From an uncultured Myxococcales bacterium (GTDB taxonomy: Bacteria; Myxococcota_A; Polyangia; Polyangiales; Polyangiaceae), in the NCBI GenBank assembly GCA_937902985.1, contig CALFNG010000206.1, forward strand, positions 3,097-67,096: DNA of 64,000 bases, read 5' to 3'. Position 1 is the stretch's first letter. Each line of letters starts with the position of its first letter. Below, piece by piece: positions 17,394 through 27,784 of the stretch. The translations under genes and the position numbers were made by a program. The notes under the pieces are model-generated. The model was given only the letters and a program-made list of their open reading frames with translations. It was not told the origin of the DNA and searched no databases.

Positions 17394-18581
17394 TCAGTCC
17401 TTCCGGTACATCGTCACGACGCAGGCGCCGCCGAGGCCGAGGTTGTGCTGGAGCGCGACCTTCGCGTTCGGCACCTGGCGCTTGTCGGCGGTGCCGCGCA
17501 GCTGCCAGACGAGTTCCGTGCACTGCGCCACGCCGGTCGCGCCGAGGGGGTGCCCCTTCGACAGGAGGCCGCCCGACGGGTTCGTGACGACCTTGCCGCC
17601 GTAGGTGTTCTGCTCGTTCCAGATGAACTTTTCGGCCTCGCCCTCACCGCAAAGGCCGAGTCCCTCGTAGGTGATGATCTCGTTGGCCGTGAAGCAGTCG
17701 TGGAGCTCGCAGACCTGCACGTCGGCCGGCCCGAGGCCCGCCTGCTCGTAGACCTTCTTCGCAGCGTTCACCGTCAGGTCGTAGCCGACCATCTTGATCA
17801 GGCTCTTCTCGAAGCTCGACTTGTAGTCGGTGGTCATCGCCTGGCCGGCGATCCACACCGGGCTCGTATGCCCGTGCTTGCGCGCGAAGTCGTCGGAGCA
17901 CACGACGGCCGCAGCGCCGCCGCATGTGGGCGGGCAGCACTGGTAGCGAGTGAGCGGGTCGAAGACCTCTTCGCTCGCCATGATCTCTTCGACCGTGAGG
18001 CGGGTGTTGAAGAGCGCGTACGGGTTGTTCGACGCGTGCTTGCGCGCCTTCTCGCTGACCTTCGCGAAGGTCTCCTTCTTCGTCCCGTATTTCCACCGGT
18101 ATTCGCGCCCTGCGCCGCCGAACATCTGCGCGGTGGGGGGCGCCTGCGCGAAGCCCTGCACGTCGAGCATCGTCTGCGCGTGCTTGGCGATCGGGCTCTC
18201 GCGGTCGTCGTACTTCGATCCCAGCGCGCCCTTCTCCATCTTCTCGAACCCGAGGACCAGCACGCACTCGGCGATGCCACCCTCGACCGCCTGCTTCGCG
18301 AGCATCAGCGCGGTCGAGCCGGTGGAGCAGTTGTTGTTCACGTTGAAGACCGGCACCCCGGTCAACCCGACCTCGTACGCCGCGCGCTGGCCGCACGTGC
18401 TGTCGCCATAGACGTAGCCGGCGTAGACCTGCTCCACGGCCTCGTACGGGATCTTCGCGTCGCCCAGCGCCAGGTGCGCCGCCTTCGACGCCATCACGTG
18501 GTAGTCCTCACTCTGTCCGGGCTTGGCGAACTTCGTCATCCCGACACCGATCACATTGACTCGTCGGCCCATCGCATTCAC
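17394..18581 (-). CDS. SCPx-type (SCP2-thiolase) 3-ketoacyl-CoA thiolase, without an SCP2 domain
   Basis: [13 protein letters not shown]...[12 protein letters not shown]...[12 protein letters not shown]...GFEKM...[10 protein letters not shown]...[20 protein letters not shown]...[47 protein letters not shown]. From memory it lines up along its whole length with the thiolase part of animal SCPx. The start is GTG 18581 or ATG 18572. Confidence 0.85.
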   Translation of the reverse strand: MNAMGRRVNVIGVGMTKFAKPGQSEDYHVMASKAAHLALGDAKIPYEAVEQVYAGYVYGDSTCGQRAAYEVGLTGVPVFNVNNNCSTGSTALMLAKQAVEGGIAECVLVLGFEKMEKGALGSKYDDRESPIAKHAQTMLDVQGFAQAPPTAQMFGGAGREYRWKYGTKKETFAKVSEKARKHASNNPYALFNTRLTVEEIMASEEVFDPLTRYQCCPPTCGGAAAVVCSDDFARKHGHTSPVWIAGQAMTTDYKSSFEKSLIKMVGYDLTVNAAKKVYEQAGLGPADVQVCELHDCFTANEIITYEGLGLCGEGEAEKFIWNEQNTYGGKVVTNPSGGLLSKGHPLGATGVAQCTELVWQLRGTADKRQVPNAKVALQHNLGLGGACVVTMYRKD

Positions 18582-18598
18582 CGCTTTCAGGCTTGTTT

Positions 18599-21500
18599 TC
18601 AGACAAGCTCCTTGAGGAATCCCAGCTTCTGGGCGACGCGAATGTCGCCGATGACCTTCAGCTTTCCGTGCTGGTACAGGTCGCGCGCGGCCGAAGGGTC
18701 CTTCGAGAGCGCGACCAGGTCGGCGTCATCGAGGCGCAGGGTCGCCGCCGCCGCCGCCTCGGTGCCCTCGCGAACGGCGCCGGCCCCGGTCAGATCGACC
18801 ACCCAGCTCGCGCCCGGGTTGGTCACGTTGAACTGGATGAGCGCGCCGACCTCCTTCGCGAGGCTTGCGTTCTTCGAGAGCCGCTCCGCCAGGGCCTTGA
18901 ACAGCGACGGCGCCTTCGCCATGGCATTCGCGCCCGCGTTCGAGCCTGCGCCGGCGCCCGGGGTAGGCCCCGCGTTCGCGTTCGCGCCCGCGCCCGCTGG
19001 CGCGCTCGAAGCCGCGCCGCCGCGCTTCTTCGTGACCGCCTCGATCGCGAGCTTCGGATCGATCTTCTGCAAGAAGCTGAGCTTCTGCGACGCCATCACG
19101 TCGCCGCCGATCTTCAGCTTCCCGCCCATGTAGAGCTTCATCGCGTCGGCCTTGCCGCTCGTCATCGCCAGAAAGTCGGCGTCGGTGAGCTCGAGGGTCG
19201 TGTCGGCGGGCTGGATGCCCGCGGCCACGGACCCCTTGTCGTTCTTGACGTCGATGGTCCAGGCGCTGTCGGGGCTCGTGAGCTTGAAGACGAAGACCTT
19301 GCCCACCTTCGAGACGAGCTCGGGGTTTCGCGCGACGTGGTCTTCGATCGCGGTGAATACGTCGGCCGAGCCGAACGAGGCCCGGTCGAGCGGGGCCGCA
19401 GCCGGAGCGCTCGCCGCCTGCGCCGGTGCCGACGCGCTGGCGCCGCCTCCACCGCGCTTCTTCGTGATCGCCTCGAGCGCCTCTTTCGGGTCGATCTTCT
19501 GGAGGAAGCTGAGCTTCTGCGATGCCATCACGTCGCCGCCGATCTTGAGCTTGCCTCCCATGTAGAGCTTCATCGCGTCGGCGTTGCCGCTCGTCATGGC
19601 CATGAAGTCGGCGTCGGTGAGCTCGAGGGTGCAGTCGCCGACGCCGCCGCCGGGCTGGACGCCGCCCTTGCCGTTCTTGACGTCGATGGTCCACGCGCTG
19701 TCGGGACTCGTGAGCTTGAAGACGAAGACCTTGCCGATCTTGGTCACGAGCTCCGGGTGACGGGCGACGTGATCTTCGATTCCGGTGAAGATGTCGGCGC
19801 TCGTGAACGAGTCCGGGGTGACCGCCACGCCCGCGGCTGCCGCAGGGGCCGCGCGGGTCGCCCCGCTCGCAGGTCCCTCGGCCTTCTTCGGGATCTCTTT
19901 GAAGAGCTCGACGGCGGCGTTCGAGATCGCGAGCTCGCCGCGCTCCTTGATCCTCGTCTGGAAGACGATGCGCGTCTCGCTCTCGCGCCACATCTCGGTC
20001 ACGAGGGTCTCGCCCGGGAGCACCGAGTTCGCGAACCGCACCTTGATGCTCTTGAAGAACCGCGGGTCGCCGCCCGGCGCGAACTTCGAGATGACGTGCC
20101 GGGCCGCGAAGCCGAACGTGCAGAGCCCGTGGAGAATGGGCCGCTCGAAGCCGAAGCTCTTCGCGAACGCGGGGTCGGCGTGCAGCGGATTCCAGTCGCC
20201 CGAGAGGCGGTAGAGCAGGGCCTGGTTCGGGCTCGTCTTCTCTTCCACGGTGGCGTCCGGCGCGCGTGCCGGCGCGACGTTCACGTCGGCGCTCGGTCCG
20301 CGCTCGCCGCCCCAGCCGCCCGCGCCGCGCACGAACGAGGTGACCTCGTTGTAGGCCAGCGTCGCCCCCGCCTCGTCGGTCGTCGTGATGGCGCTGACGA
20401 CGAGGGCGCCCTTGCCCTTGTCGAAGATGTCCTTGATCTTGATCCGGTGCGTCAGCTTGCCGTGCGTCGGCCACGGGGCGCGGAGCTCGGTGTACTGCTC
20501 GCCGTGCAGCACCCGGTCGAAGCCGTAGTGGAGGCCCGGCGTCTGCTTGCCCTCCTTCGCGAGGTCGTAGATGGCCTTGAGCGCCGGGGCCACCGGGAAC
20601 GTCGGGACCATCTTGAAGCCATCGCCGCTCAGCTCGTAAACGAACGACAGCTCCTTCGTGTCGAGCGGATCCCTGCCGGCGCCGACGCCGAGCGCGTAGA
20701 GCGCCAGGTCGCGCTCGTCGAACGTGCTCGTGATGGGCGGCGCCTCGTAGCCGAGCGCCTCGTCGACGTCGATGAAGTCGTTGCCGCCTTTGCCCTTCGC
20801 CGTGCCCAGGTTGCCGAGGATCGGCTGCATCGACTCGGTGACGTTCGTGGGGTGCGTGGCCTTGCCGAAGTCGGTGATCGCGCCCCACTTGGCCCGAACG
20901 CCCTCGGGCGTCATCGTCCGCGACAGCCGGAAGAGCGCGCCCTCCGTGCGCTCCCACCGCAGCTTGCCCACGTAGCCGCCGCCGACCTCGAAGAGAGCCC
21001 CGTTCTCTTCGCAGGCCTCGTGACAGAGCCAGGCGACGACCGGCGAAACGAACTCGGGCTTGAGTGCGGCGACGAGATCGGGCGGGAGGATGGTCTCGGT
21101 CATGCGCGAGCCGGCGATCGGCGCGATCGTGTTGACGAGGATGCCGCGCTTCTTGCCTTCGATCGCGAGCGTCTGCGCGAAGCCGTGGAGGCCCAGCTTG
21201 GCCATCGAGTAGTTCGCCTGGCCGAAGTTGCCGTAGATGCCGGCGGCCGAGGCGGTCATGATCACGCGGCCGTATCCCGCGTCACGCATGGGGTGCCACG
21301 CGGCCTGGGTGACGCGAAAGCTGCCGAGCACGTGGACGCGGTAGATGAGGTCCCAGTCCTGGTCGGACATCTTCTGGAAGCTCGTGTCGCGCAAGATTCC
21401 CGCGTTGTTGACGACGATGTCGATGCGCTTGAAGGCGTCGAGCGCGCACTGCACGATCTTCGCGCCTTCTTCGACCGAGTCGTAGTTGGCCACCGCCTCG

Positions 21501-21697
21501 CCGCCGGCGGCCTTGATCTCCTCCACCACCTTGTCGGCCGCAGCAGACGACTTGCCCCCGCCGGTGTGGCCGCCGCCCAGGTCGTTGACGACCACCCTGG
21601 CGCCGTGCGCGGCCAGGAGGAGCGCGTGCGAGCGACCGAGGCCATTTCCGGCGCCCGTGACTATGGCGACGCGGTTGTCGAAGCGCAGATCGGACAT
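18599..21697 (-). CDS. Multifunctional enzyme type 2-like: SDR (3R-hydroxyacyl-CoA dehydrogenase) + MaoC hydratase-2 + three tandem SCP2 domains
   Basis: The N-terminus [17 protein letters not shown]...VVNDLGG...[33 protein letters not shown]...[16 protein letters not shown] is very close to animal HSD17B4 (from memory). The middle part has a hot-dog hydratase ([14 protein letters not shown]). The C-terminus has three SCP2 modules, each ending [16 protein letters not shown]. The start is at ATG 21697. Confidence 0.85.
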   Translation of the reverse strand: MSDLRFDNRVAIVTGAGNGLGRSHALLLAAHGARVVVNDLGGGHTGGGKSSAAADKVVEEIKAAGGEAVANYDSVEEGAKIVQCALDAFKRIDIVVNNAGILRDTSFQKMSDQDWDLIYRVHVLGSFRVTQAAWHPMRDAGYGRVIMTASAAGIYGNFGQANYSMAKLGLHGFAQTLAIEGKKRGILVNTIAPIAGSRMTETILPPDLVAALKPEFVSPVVAWLCHEACEENGALFEVGGGYVGKLRWERTEGALFRLSRTMTPEGVRAKWGAITDFGKATHPTNVTESMQPILGNLGTAKGKGGNDFIDVDEALGYEAPPITSTFDERDLALYALGVGAGRDPLDTKELSFVYELSGDGFKMVPTFPVAPALKAIYDLAKEGKQTPGLHYGFDRVLHGEQYTELRAPWPTHGKLTHRIKIKDIFDKGKGALVVSAITTTDEAGATLAYNEVTSFVRGAGGWGGERGPSADVNVAPARAPDATVEEKTSPNQALLYRLSGDWNPLHADPAFAKSFGFERPILHGLCTFGFAARHVISKFAPGGDPRFFKSIKVRFANSVLPGETLVTEMWRESETRIVFQTRIKERGELAISNAAVELFKEIPKKAEGPASGATRAAPAAAAGVAVTPDSFTSADIFTGIEDHVARHPELVTKIGKVFVFKLTSPDSAWTIDVKNGKGGVQPGGGVGDCTLELTDADFMAMTSGNADAMKLYMGGKLKIGGDVMASQKLSFLQKIDPKEALEAITKKRGGGGASASAPAQAASAPAAAPLDRASFGSADVFTAIEDHVARNPELVSKVGKVFVFKLTSPDSAWTIDVKNDKGSVAAGIQPADTTLELTDADFLAMTSGKADAMKLYMGGKLKIGGDVMASQKLSFLQKIDPKLAIEAVTKKRGGAASSAPAGAGANANAGPTPGAGAGSNAGANAMAKAPSLFKALAERLSKNASLAKEVGALIQFNVTNPGASWVVDLTGAGAVREGTEAAAAATLRLDDADLVALSKDPSAARDLYQHGKLKVIGDIRVAQKLGFLKELV
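19019..19809 (-). repeat. In-frame tandem duplication inside the MFE-2 gene: two SCP2 modules with a 432-bp period
   Basis: cgcgcttcttcgtga occurs at 19021 and 19453, an offset of 432 nt (144 codons). The flanking ~360 nt are mostly identical by eye. The encoded peptides SAD[IV][35 protein letters not shown]...[30 protein letters not shown] are near-identical. Confidence 0.85.
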
Positions 21698-21880
21698 GGA
21701 GAGGGACCTTCGGGGTGGAGGCAATGGCCGGCCGCGAGCGGCCCAGTTCTTTAGCGTGCGAAGTATTGGGGGCGAGTCGAGTTCCGGTCAAGACGGGGGC
21801 GCGTGAACGGCGCGTCTCAACGGTGTCGCGGAGGCGAGGCCACCTCGGGCGTGCCCCGGCGTCCCGGGCCCCTTCCCCTG

Positions 21881-21920
21881 GTGGTTACGGGCGCTAACGG
21901 GTGGTTACGGCCGCTAACGG
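21881..21920. repeat. 20-bp tandem duplication (GTGGTTACGGSCGCTAACGG x2)
   Basis: Read directly: gtggttacgggcgctaacgg gtggttacggccgctaacgg. The second copy contains the stop codon (21914-21916) of the adjacent membrane-protein gene. Confidence 0.9.
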
Positions 21921-22495
21921 GCGCGGGTCCGCAGGGCTACGAGAAGCATCCACGCCAGAAGTAGGATGAGCGCGATCTTCTCGAGGGCGGGAACGAGGGG
22001 CGTCCCTTCGCTGTGCCCGACGAGGTGCGAGACGTAGAGAGCGAAGTCGACGAGCGCGACCCCGAGCATCGCTCCGCCGATCGCCGCCCCAGCGCGAGGC
22101 CGCGGCTCGCTCCGCGCCAGGCCGGCCACGGCCACGGCGACCGCCGTGAGGCCGGGAACGCACGCCAGGACCACCATCGCGCCGTGCAAGGCACCGAATC
22201 GCTCGCTCGGCATGAAGACGACGCAGACCGTCGCGGCGACCGAAACGAGGCCCAGCCACCGAACTGCGGCGCCGCTGCGCGAGCTCGACGCCCGGAAGAG
22301 CCGCGGCAGCGCGAGCCAGAACGGCGCCAAGGTCAGCACCAGGACCAGCATCGCCGCTTGCGCGAGCCGCGAGCCCCAGTGGTTCGTCTGGCCGTTCAAC
22401 GCCACGCGCCACTCGAGGTCGCAGAGGTAGTTCTGCCAGAAGCGATGACCGCGCGCCGCCGGGTCCCACCAGGTTCCGCCCGGGTAAAGGGCCAT
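21914..22495 (-). CDS. Integral membrane protein, function unknown (possibly DUF998-like)
   Basis: MALYPGGTWWDPAARGHRFWQNYLCDLE is followed by about 5 hydrophobic helices. A further N-terminal helix (SVAILCGVAAFAALETAA) is in frame upstream, but only a CTG or a start overlapping pgi could include it. Confidence 0.5.
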   Translation of the reverse strand: MALYPGGTWWDPAARGHRFWQNYLCDLEWRVALNGQTNHWGSRLAQAAMLVLVLTLAPFWLALPRLFRASSSRSGAAVRWLGLVSVAATVCVVFMPSERFGALHGAMVVLACVPGLTAVAVAVAGLARSEPRPRAGAAIGGAMLGVALVDFALYVSHLVGHSEGTPLVPALEKIALILLLAWMLLVALRTRAR

Positions 22496-22551
22496 CGCCG
22501 CCGTCTCGAGGGCAGCGAATGCCGCGACGCCACAAAGGATCGCGACGGACT

Positions 22552-24279
22552 TCAGATGCCCCGACCGTAGTGGCGCTTGTAGCGGTTGATGAGCGCGTTC
22601 GTGGAGCCGTCGTGGGTCGTCACGACGCCCTTCGACGCCAGCTCCGGCTCGATCTTCTTGGCGAGCTGCTTGCCGAGCTCGACCCCCCACTGATCGAAGC
22701 TGAAGATCTGCCACACGATGCCCTGCACGAAGATCTTGTGCTCGTACATCGCGATGAGCATACCGAGCGTCTTCGGCGTGAGCTTGGTGAAGAGGATCGA
22801 CGTCGTGGGCCGGTTGCCGGGGAACGACTTGTGGGGCACGAGCTCGGCGACCCGCGGCGGCGGGAGCTTCTGCGCCTCGAGCTCCGCGCGCGCCTCATCG
22901 GGTGTCTTTCCGCGCATGAGCGCCTCGGTCTGCGCGAAGTAGTTCGCGAGGAGCACCTGGTGGTGACCGCTCCCGTCGGTCGCCGCCGGACTAGGCGCCG
23001 GACTAGGCGCCGGACTAGGCGCCGGACTAGGCGCCGGACTAGGCAAAGGGTTGTGCGTCTCGAGCGGCGCGAGGAAATCGCAAGGCACGAGTCGCGTGCC
23101 CTGGTGGAGCAGCTGGTAAAACGCGTGCTGACCGTTGGTGCCCGGCTCGCCCCAAACGATCGGCCCGGTCGTGTAGTCCTCGATGAAGAGGCCGGCGCGG
23201 TCGACGCGCTTGCCGTTGCTCTCCATGTCGCCTTGCTGAAAGTACGCCGCGAAGCGGCTCATGTACTGGTCGTAGGGCAGGATCGCGTGCGTCTGGGCGC
23301 CGAAGAAGTTCATGTACCAGACGCCGAGCATCCCCAGCACGACGGGCACGTTCGCTTCCATCGGGGCCGTACGAAAATGCTCGTCCATCGCGTGGCCGCC
23401 GGCGAGGAGTTCCTCGAAGCCGTCCATGCCGATGAGCAGCGCGATCGGCATGCCGATCGCGCTCCACAGCGAGTAGCGCCCGCCGACCCAGTCCCAGAAG
23501 CCGAACATGTTCTTCGGGTCGATGCCGAACTTCTTGACCTCCTCGGTGGCCGTCGAGACGGCGACGAAGTGCCGGGGTACGGCCGCTTCGCTCCCGAGCT
23601 TCTCGACCAGCCAGGCCCTGGCGCTCCGCGCGTTGAGGAGGGTCTCCTGCGTCGTGAACGTTTTGCTCTCCACGACGAAGAGCGTCTGTTCGGCCACGAC
23701 CTCCTTGAGCGCCTCGGCGAGGTGCGTCCCGTCGACGTTCGACACGAAGTGCGCGCGCATCGCCGGCTGCCAGTACGGCTTGAGTGCGAGACTGGCCATG
23801 GCCGGCCCGAGATCGCTGCCCCCTATGCCGATGTTCACGATGTCGGTGATCCGCTTGCCCGTGTGGCCCTTCCAGGCGCCGGAGCGCACCGACTCGGTGA
23901 ACTCACGCATCTTCGCGAGCACGCCGTTGACCTTGGGCATCACGTCGTTGCCGTCGACCACGATCGGGCGGTTCGACCGGTTGCGGAGCGCGACGTGGAG
24001 CACGGCGCGGTCTTCGGTGCGGTTGATCTTCTCGCCGGCGAACATGCGGTCGCGCCACTCGAAGACGCCGGCCTGGCGCGCGAGCCCGAAGAGGAGCTCG
24101 AGCGTCTCGCTCGTGACGCGGTTCTTCGAGTAGTCGACGAGGATGTCTTCGACCTCGAGCGAGAACCGGTCGAAGCGCGCGGCGTCGGCGGCGAACAGGT
24201 CGCGGACGTGAACGGACGTCATCGCGTCGCGGTGCGCGGCGAGGGCCCGCCAGGCCGGGGACTCGGTCAAAACGCTCAT
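22552..24279 (-). CDS. pgi: Glucose-6-phosphate isomerase
   Basis: Full-length PGI: [14 protein letters not shown]...[38 protein letters not shown]...[24 protein letters not shown] and DQWGVELGK. It contains an extra (SPAP)n segment. Confidence 0.9.
   Translation of the reverse strand: MSVLTESPAWRALAAHRDAMTSVHVRDLFAADAARFDRFSLEVEDILVDYSKNRVTSETLELLFGLARQAGVFEWRDRMFAGEKINRTEDRAVLHVALRNRSNRPIVVDGNDVMPKVNGVLAKMREFTESVRSGAWKGHTGKRITDIVNIGIGGSDLGPAMASLALKPYWQPAMRAHFVSNVDGTHLAEALKEVVAEQTLFVVESKTFTTQETLLNARSARAWLVEKLGSEAAVPRHFVAVSTATEEVKKFGIDPKNMFGFWDWVGGRYSLWSAIGMPIALLIGMDGFEELLAGGHAMDEHFRTAPMEANVPVVLGMLGVWYMNFFGAQTHAILPYDQYMSRFAAYFQQGDMESNGKRVDRAGLFIEDYTTGPIVWGEPGTNGQHAFYQLLHQGTRLVPCDFLAPLETHNPLPSPAPSPAPSPAPSPAPSPAATDGSGHHQVLLANYFAQTEALMRGKTPDEARAELEAQKLPPPRVAELVPHKSFPGNRPTTSILFTKLTPKTLGMLIAMYEHKIFVQGIVWQIFSFDQWGVELGKQLAKKIEPELASKGVVTTHDGSTNALINRYKRHYGRGI
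22981..23044 (-). repeat. 12-bp in-frame tandem repeat (GGACTAGGCGCC, ~5 copies) inside pgi, encoding [20 protein letters not shown]
   Basis: Read directly from the sequence at 22988-23044. It is inserted between the conserved THNPL and [14 protein letters not shown] blocks. Confidence 0.9.
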
Positions 24280-24435
24280 GGTGCCTCCGTGGCGGCGAGG
24301 ATAGCCCGCGTGCGCACCTCGTACAGGCACGCCGTTGCGATGGGGGCGCGATTCGCGCGGGCCATTGCCGGGCCGAGTTCCCCCCGAAATTCGTCCTCAG
24401 AGAGTAGCTCGGTCTAGAACTCGAGATCCAACACG

Positions 24436-26331
24436 ATGATCTGGCCCCGCGCTCTGGCTCCCTTCGCGGCCGCGCTCGCGTTCGTGGGAATTCTCGCGGG
24501 CGTCGGGGCTCTCGCGATCGTGGCGCCGGTCGTGGGGCCCGCGCTCGTTCAGGTCACGGGCCTCGCCCCCGCGGACGTCGAGCCCGGTGATCGCATCACC
24601 CTCGCGGGGCAGGGTTTCCCGGCCGGCAAGGAGGCGCGGGTCACGTTTCGAGGCACGCTCCATCGGCCGGGTGAGGCGACGGTTCGCGACGTCGAGATCG
24701 CCGCGACCGGCCTCGTCACGGGGCCGGAGCAGGTCGAGGTCGAGTTCCGGGAGGGGACACAGACGCTCTTCTGCGGCGCCGGCGATCGTGCCGTGCACAG
24801 CACCTTCGAAGGCGACGTCGAGGTCGCCTTCGCGGCCGCCGCGCCGGGGGCGGCGCCCGTCGCCGGGACACTCCGGCACGCGGTGCTCGACGTCCGTCCG
24901 AGCGCGAGCGTCGCCGACACTGCGCGCGAGCCCGAGGGCCGACGCGTGCTTGCCTTCCTCGGCCTCCACGTCGAGCCGCCCGCGCGACGCGGGATCGGTC
25001 TCATGGTCGAGGCGGTCGACCCGGGATCCCGTGCCGCCGCGTCGGGCGTCGTTGCCGGCGATGTCCTGACGACCTTCGACGGCGTGCGCGCCGCCGCCAT
25101 CGGCGATCTCGTGCCCGTCCCGGGAGAGCACGAAGCGACGATCGGCGTGCGAAGCGCAGGCGCGGTCACCGACGCCCCGCGGGCGATCGCCGTGGACGGC
25201 CTGGGCGGCGCGCCGCCCGCGGAGTTCCTGGGGGCGGCCCTGTTCATCGTGGGCGCCCTCTCGGTCCTGCTCTTCTCTGGCGCGACGCCGCCGTCGATGC
25301 TCGGCGCGGCCGTCCAGCGGGCGGCGGGCCGCCTGCGCGCGCGCGTCGAGCTCGCGAGCCCGGCGAATCGCTCGGCGGTGTCGGCCTGGGCGCGGGTCGG
25401 TCGCGCGATGCGCGCCGGGGTCCTTCGCGAGGCCCTGCCCGCCGCGTCGTCGTCGACCGTCGTCGACGCCGTGGGCGCTGCGCTCTTCGCGGTCCTCCCG
25501 TTCGGCCAGTACCTGGTCGCGGCCCGGCTCGACGTCGGGATCCTCTTCCTGGCGGCGACCACGGCGCTCGCCGTGGCGGCTGTCGCCGGCGCGCGCTCGG
25601 CGTGGGACGGCCTCCGCGGAGCCGCGCATGTGGCCTGGCAGCACGTGCCGGCGGCGGTGGCCGTGACGAGTGTCGTCCTGACGACCGGTTCGCTTCGCGT
25701 CCAGGAGATCGACCACGCCCAGGGCGGAGCGCCCTGGGACTGGCTAGCCTTCCGGAGTCCGGCCGCGCTGCTCGCGACGCTCCTCCTCCTCGGGTGTGCG
25801 CTCATCGAGCCCGACCTCGAGGCTGCCGCGTCCGGGGCCTCGGCGCTGGTCGAGGACGTGTCGCTTCTGCCCGCTCGGTCGCGCGGATCGTGGCTCGAAG
25901 CAGCTCGGCGCGCGCATCGCTTCGTGATCGCGGGGCTCGCGAGCGTCCTTTTCCTCGGCGGCTGGTCGTTGCCCGGGCTGTCGCCGGCGCAGCAAGATGG
26001 TCGCCTCGCACTCGAAGCTGCTGGTGCGGCGTGGCTCCTCGGCAAGACGGCAGCACTCGTGCTCGCGATCTCGGCGGTTCGCTGGACACTACCCCGGCGG
26101 CGTCTCGTCGAGAGCACGCGCACGACGACGCTCGCGCGGCTGCCCCTCGCTCTCGCGGCTCTCGCCCTGTCGGCGGCGTGGGTATGGTGGACTCCCCAGC
26201 GCGCGGCGCAGCTCCTGATGAGCGGCTCGTTGGTCGGGGCGACGATGCTGGTCGCGATCGCGGTCATCCAGCGTCTGCGGCACGACGTCCTGTCCGCCGG
26301 AGGCGACGGCCATCTGAGCCCGTTCCTGTAG
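24436..26331 (+). CDS. NuoH/ND1-like polytopic membrane protein with an N-terminal TM anchor plus Ig/IPT-like and PDZ domains
   Basis: N-terminal TM helix, then VEPGDRITLAGQGFPAGKEARVTFRG (IPT-like), then PDZ-like GIGLMVEAVDPGSRAAASGVVAGDVLTTFDGVRAAAIGDL. About 8 TM helices follow, whose pattern (LDVGILFLAATTALAV...GSLRVQEIDHAQGGAPWDWLAFRSPAALL..LLLLGCALIEPDLEA...FLGGWSLPG) tracks complex-I subunit H by eye. Confidence 0.55.
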   Translation: MIWPRALAPFAAALAFVGILAGVGALAIVAPVVGPALVQVTGLAPADVEPGDRITLAGQGFPAGKEARVTFRGTLHRPGEATVRDVEIAATGLVTGPEQVEVEFREGTQTLFCGAGDRAVHSTFEGDVEVAFAAAAPGAAPVAGTLRHAVLDVRPSASVADTAREPEGRRVLAFLGLHVEPPARRGIGLMVEAVDPGSRAAASGVVAGDVLTTFDGVRAAAIGDLVPVPGEHEATIGVRSAGAVTDAPRAIAVDGLGGAPPAEFLGAALFIVGALSVLLFSGATPPSMLGAAVQRAAGRLRARVELASPANRSAVSAWARVGRAMRAGVLREALPAASSSTVVDAVGAALFAVLPFGQYLVAARLDVGILFLAATTALAVAAVAGARSAWDGLRGAAHVAWQHVPAAVAVTSVVLTTGSLRVQEIDHAQGGAPWDWLAFRSPAALLATLLLLGCALIEPDLEAAASGASALVEDVSLLPARSRGSWLEAARRAHRFVIAGLASVLFLGGWSLPGLSPAQQDGRLALEAAGAAWLLGKTAALVLAISAVRWTLPRRRLVESTRTTTLARLPLALAALALSAAWVWWTPQRAAQLLMSGSLVGATMLVAIAVIQRLRHDVLSAGGDGHLSPFL

Positions 26332-26340
26332 AGCCTGGCA

Positions 26341-27780
26341 GTGCTGGTAAACTCCGAAGCGCCGATGTCGGATCCGCTCCAGCGCGTCGTTTCGCGGACC
26401 CTCTGGCTCGTCGTCGCGCCGCCCTTCGCCGCGTTCGTCTGGCAGCTCGTGCGCGGTCTCCGGGGTGCGGGCGGGGCGTACGACCCATGGCCGCGTCGCC
26501 TCGGCGTGGGCTCGATCCTTTCGGCGTCCGCGGCGCTCCTCGGCCATGAGTTCGCGCTCGCGCGGGCTCCCAGAGGGGCGGGCGGCCTCCTGGAGCCCGC
26601 GGTCGGCGGCGCTCGCCTCGGCGCGCTCGACGTCGGATTCGGGCTCGCGTTCGACCGCCTATCGGTGTGTGCGTGCACGCTCGCCTGCGTGGTCGCGCTC
26701 GCCGCCGCGGCGAACCTGGGCACGCGCCGCGCCTCGCCGGAGGTCGATCCTCGACCGTGGAAGTCGTGGGCCTGGCTCGAGCTCTCGCTCTCGGGAGGTC
26801 TCCTCTCGTTTCTCGCGGGCGGTCTGGCGACCGCTTGGCTCGGTTGGACGCTCGTCGGGGCCTCGGCCGCGTGGCTTGCCGGATGGTCGGACACGAAGGC
26901 TGGCGCCCTCCGCGCGACGCGCGTCGCGCTCGCGATCTTCGCGATGCTCGCCGGAGACTCGCTGGTGTCGGGGACGAACCCGGGCTCGTGGGACGCGGCG
27001 ACGGGGCGTGGCCTCGACGCATACGTCGCCTCGCTCGCTCTCGCCGCCTTCCTCGCGGCGGCCGCGTCGATGAGCGCATCGGCGCCGCAGCCGCGGACCG
27101 CCCCGGCGCTCGCAGCGTTCGACGCCGGCGCGACGACGGGGCTGCTCGGCCCCTTCTTGCTTTTGCGCGAGGCCTCCCTCGTTCCTCGGTTACCCCACGG
27201 AGCGGCCGTGGTCACGGTCACCGGTGCGGCATTGGTGGTCCTCGCGGCGCGCCGGGCTCGGGCTGCGCCGCCAGGGCTGCCGCGCTGGGTCGCCGGCGTG
27301 GGCGGCGCTCCCGCAGGCCTTGTCCTCGTCGCGCTCGGCGTCGACGGGCCCCAGGGCGGCGCGCTGGTCTTCGTATCGGCGGGGATCGTGGCCGCGCTAC
27401 TCCTTGGTATCGCGGGCGCCGCGACGCCCGGAGCGGCGCCCGCTCCAGCCTCGGCCCGCTCGCCGCGGCCGAGCGTCGAGCGCGCGCTCCTCGGCCACGC
27501 GCCGGAGGCCGGGGCCACGCTGCTGATGGCCTTCGAGCGCTGGGTCGTCGATTCGCTCGCCGGCTCCGTCGGCGTCGTCGTTCACGCGCTCGCGTGGGCC
27601 CTCGTTCAGTTCGACGCCCAGGTCGCCGGCGCGCCCGCCAACGCGCTCGCCGGACGCACCGTCCGCCTCGGTCGTCGCCTCGAGCCGTTCGTCGGCGGCT
27701 CGCTGGCGAGGGTCGTCTGGGTGCTCGTCGGCACCGCGGTCCTTGCGACGCTGCTCAGCGCGCTCTGGCCGGTGCGCTGA
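26341..27780 (+). CDS. NuoL-like antiporter-type membrane subunit, degenerate
   Basis: LDVGFGLAFDRLSVCACTLACVV aligns with the NuoL block F.LVLDGLSL. LGWTLVGASAAWLAGW aligns with LGWEGVGLCSYLLIGF, and PRTAPALAAFDAGATTGLLGPFLL aligns with [21 protein letters not shown]. The C-terminal ERWVVDSLAGSVG...FDAQVAGAPANALAG resembles the lateral-helix region. The start is GTG 26341 or ATG 26365. Confidence 0.55.
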   Translation: MLVNSEAPMSDPLQRVVSRTLWLVVAPPFAAFVWQLVRGLRGAGGAYDPWPRRLGVGSILSASAALLGHEFALARAPRGAGGLLEPAVGGARLGALDVGFGLAFDRLSVCACTLACVVALAAAANLGTRRASPEVDPRPWKSWAWLELSLSGGLLSFLAGGLATAWLGWTLVGASAAWLAGWSDTKAGALRATRVALAIFAMLAGDSLVSGTNPGSWDAATGRGLDAYVASLALAAFLAAAASMSASAPQPRTAPALAAFDAGATTGLLGPFLLLREASLVPRLPHGAAVVTVTGAALVVLAARRARAAPPGLPRWVAGVGGAPAGLVLVALGVDGPQGGALVFVSAGIVAALLLGIAGAATPGAAPAPASARSPRPSVERALLGHAPEAGATLLMAFERWVVDSLAGSVGVVVHALAWALVQFDAQVAGAPANALAGRTVRLGRRLEPFVGGSLARVVWVLVGTAVLATLLSALWPVR

Positions 27781-27784
27781 CGTC

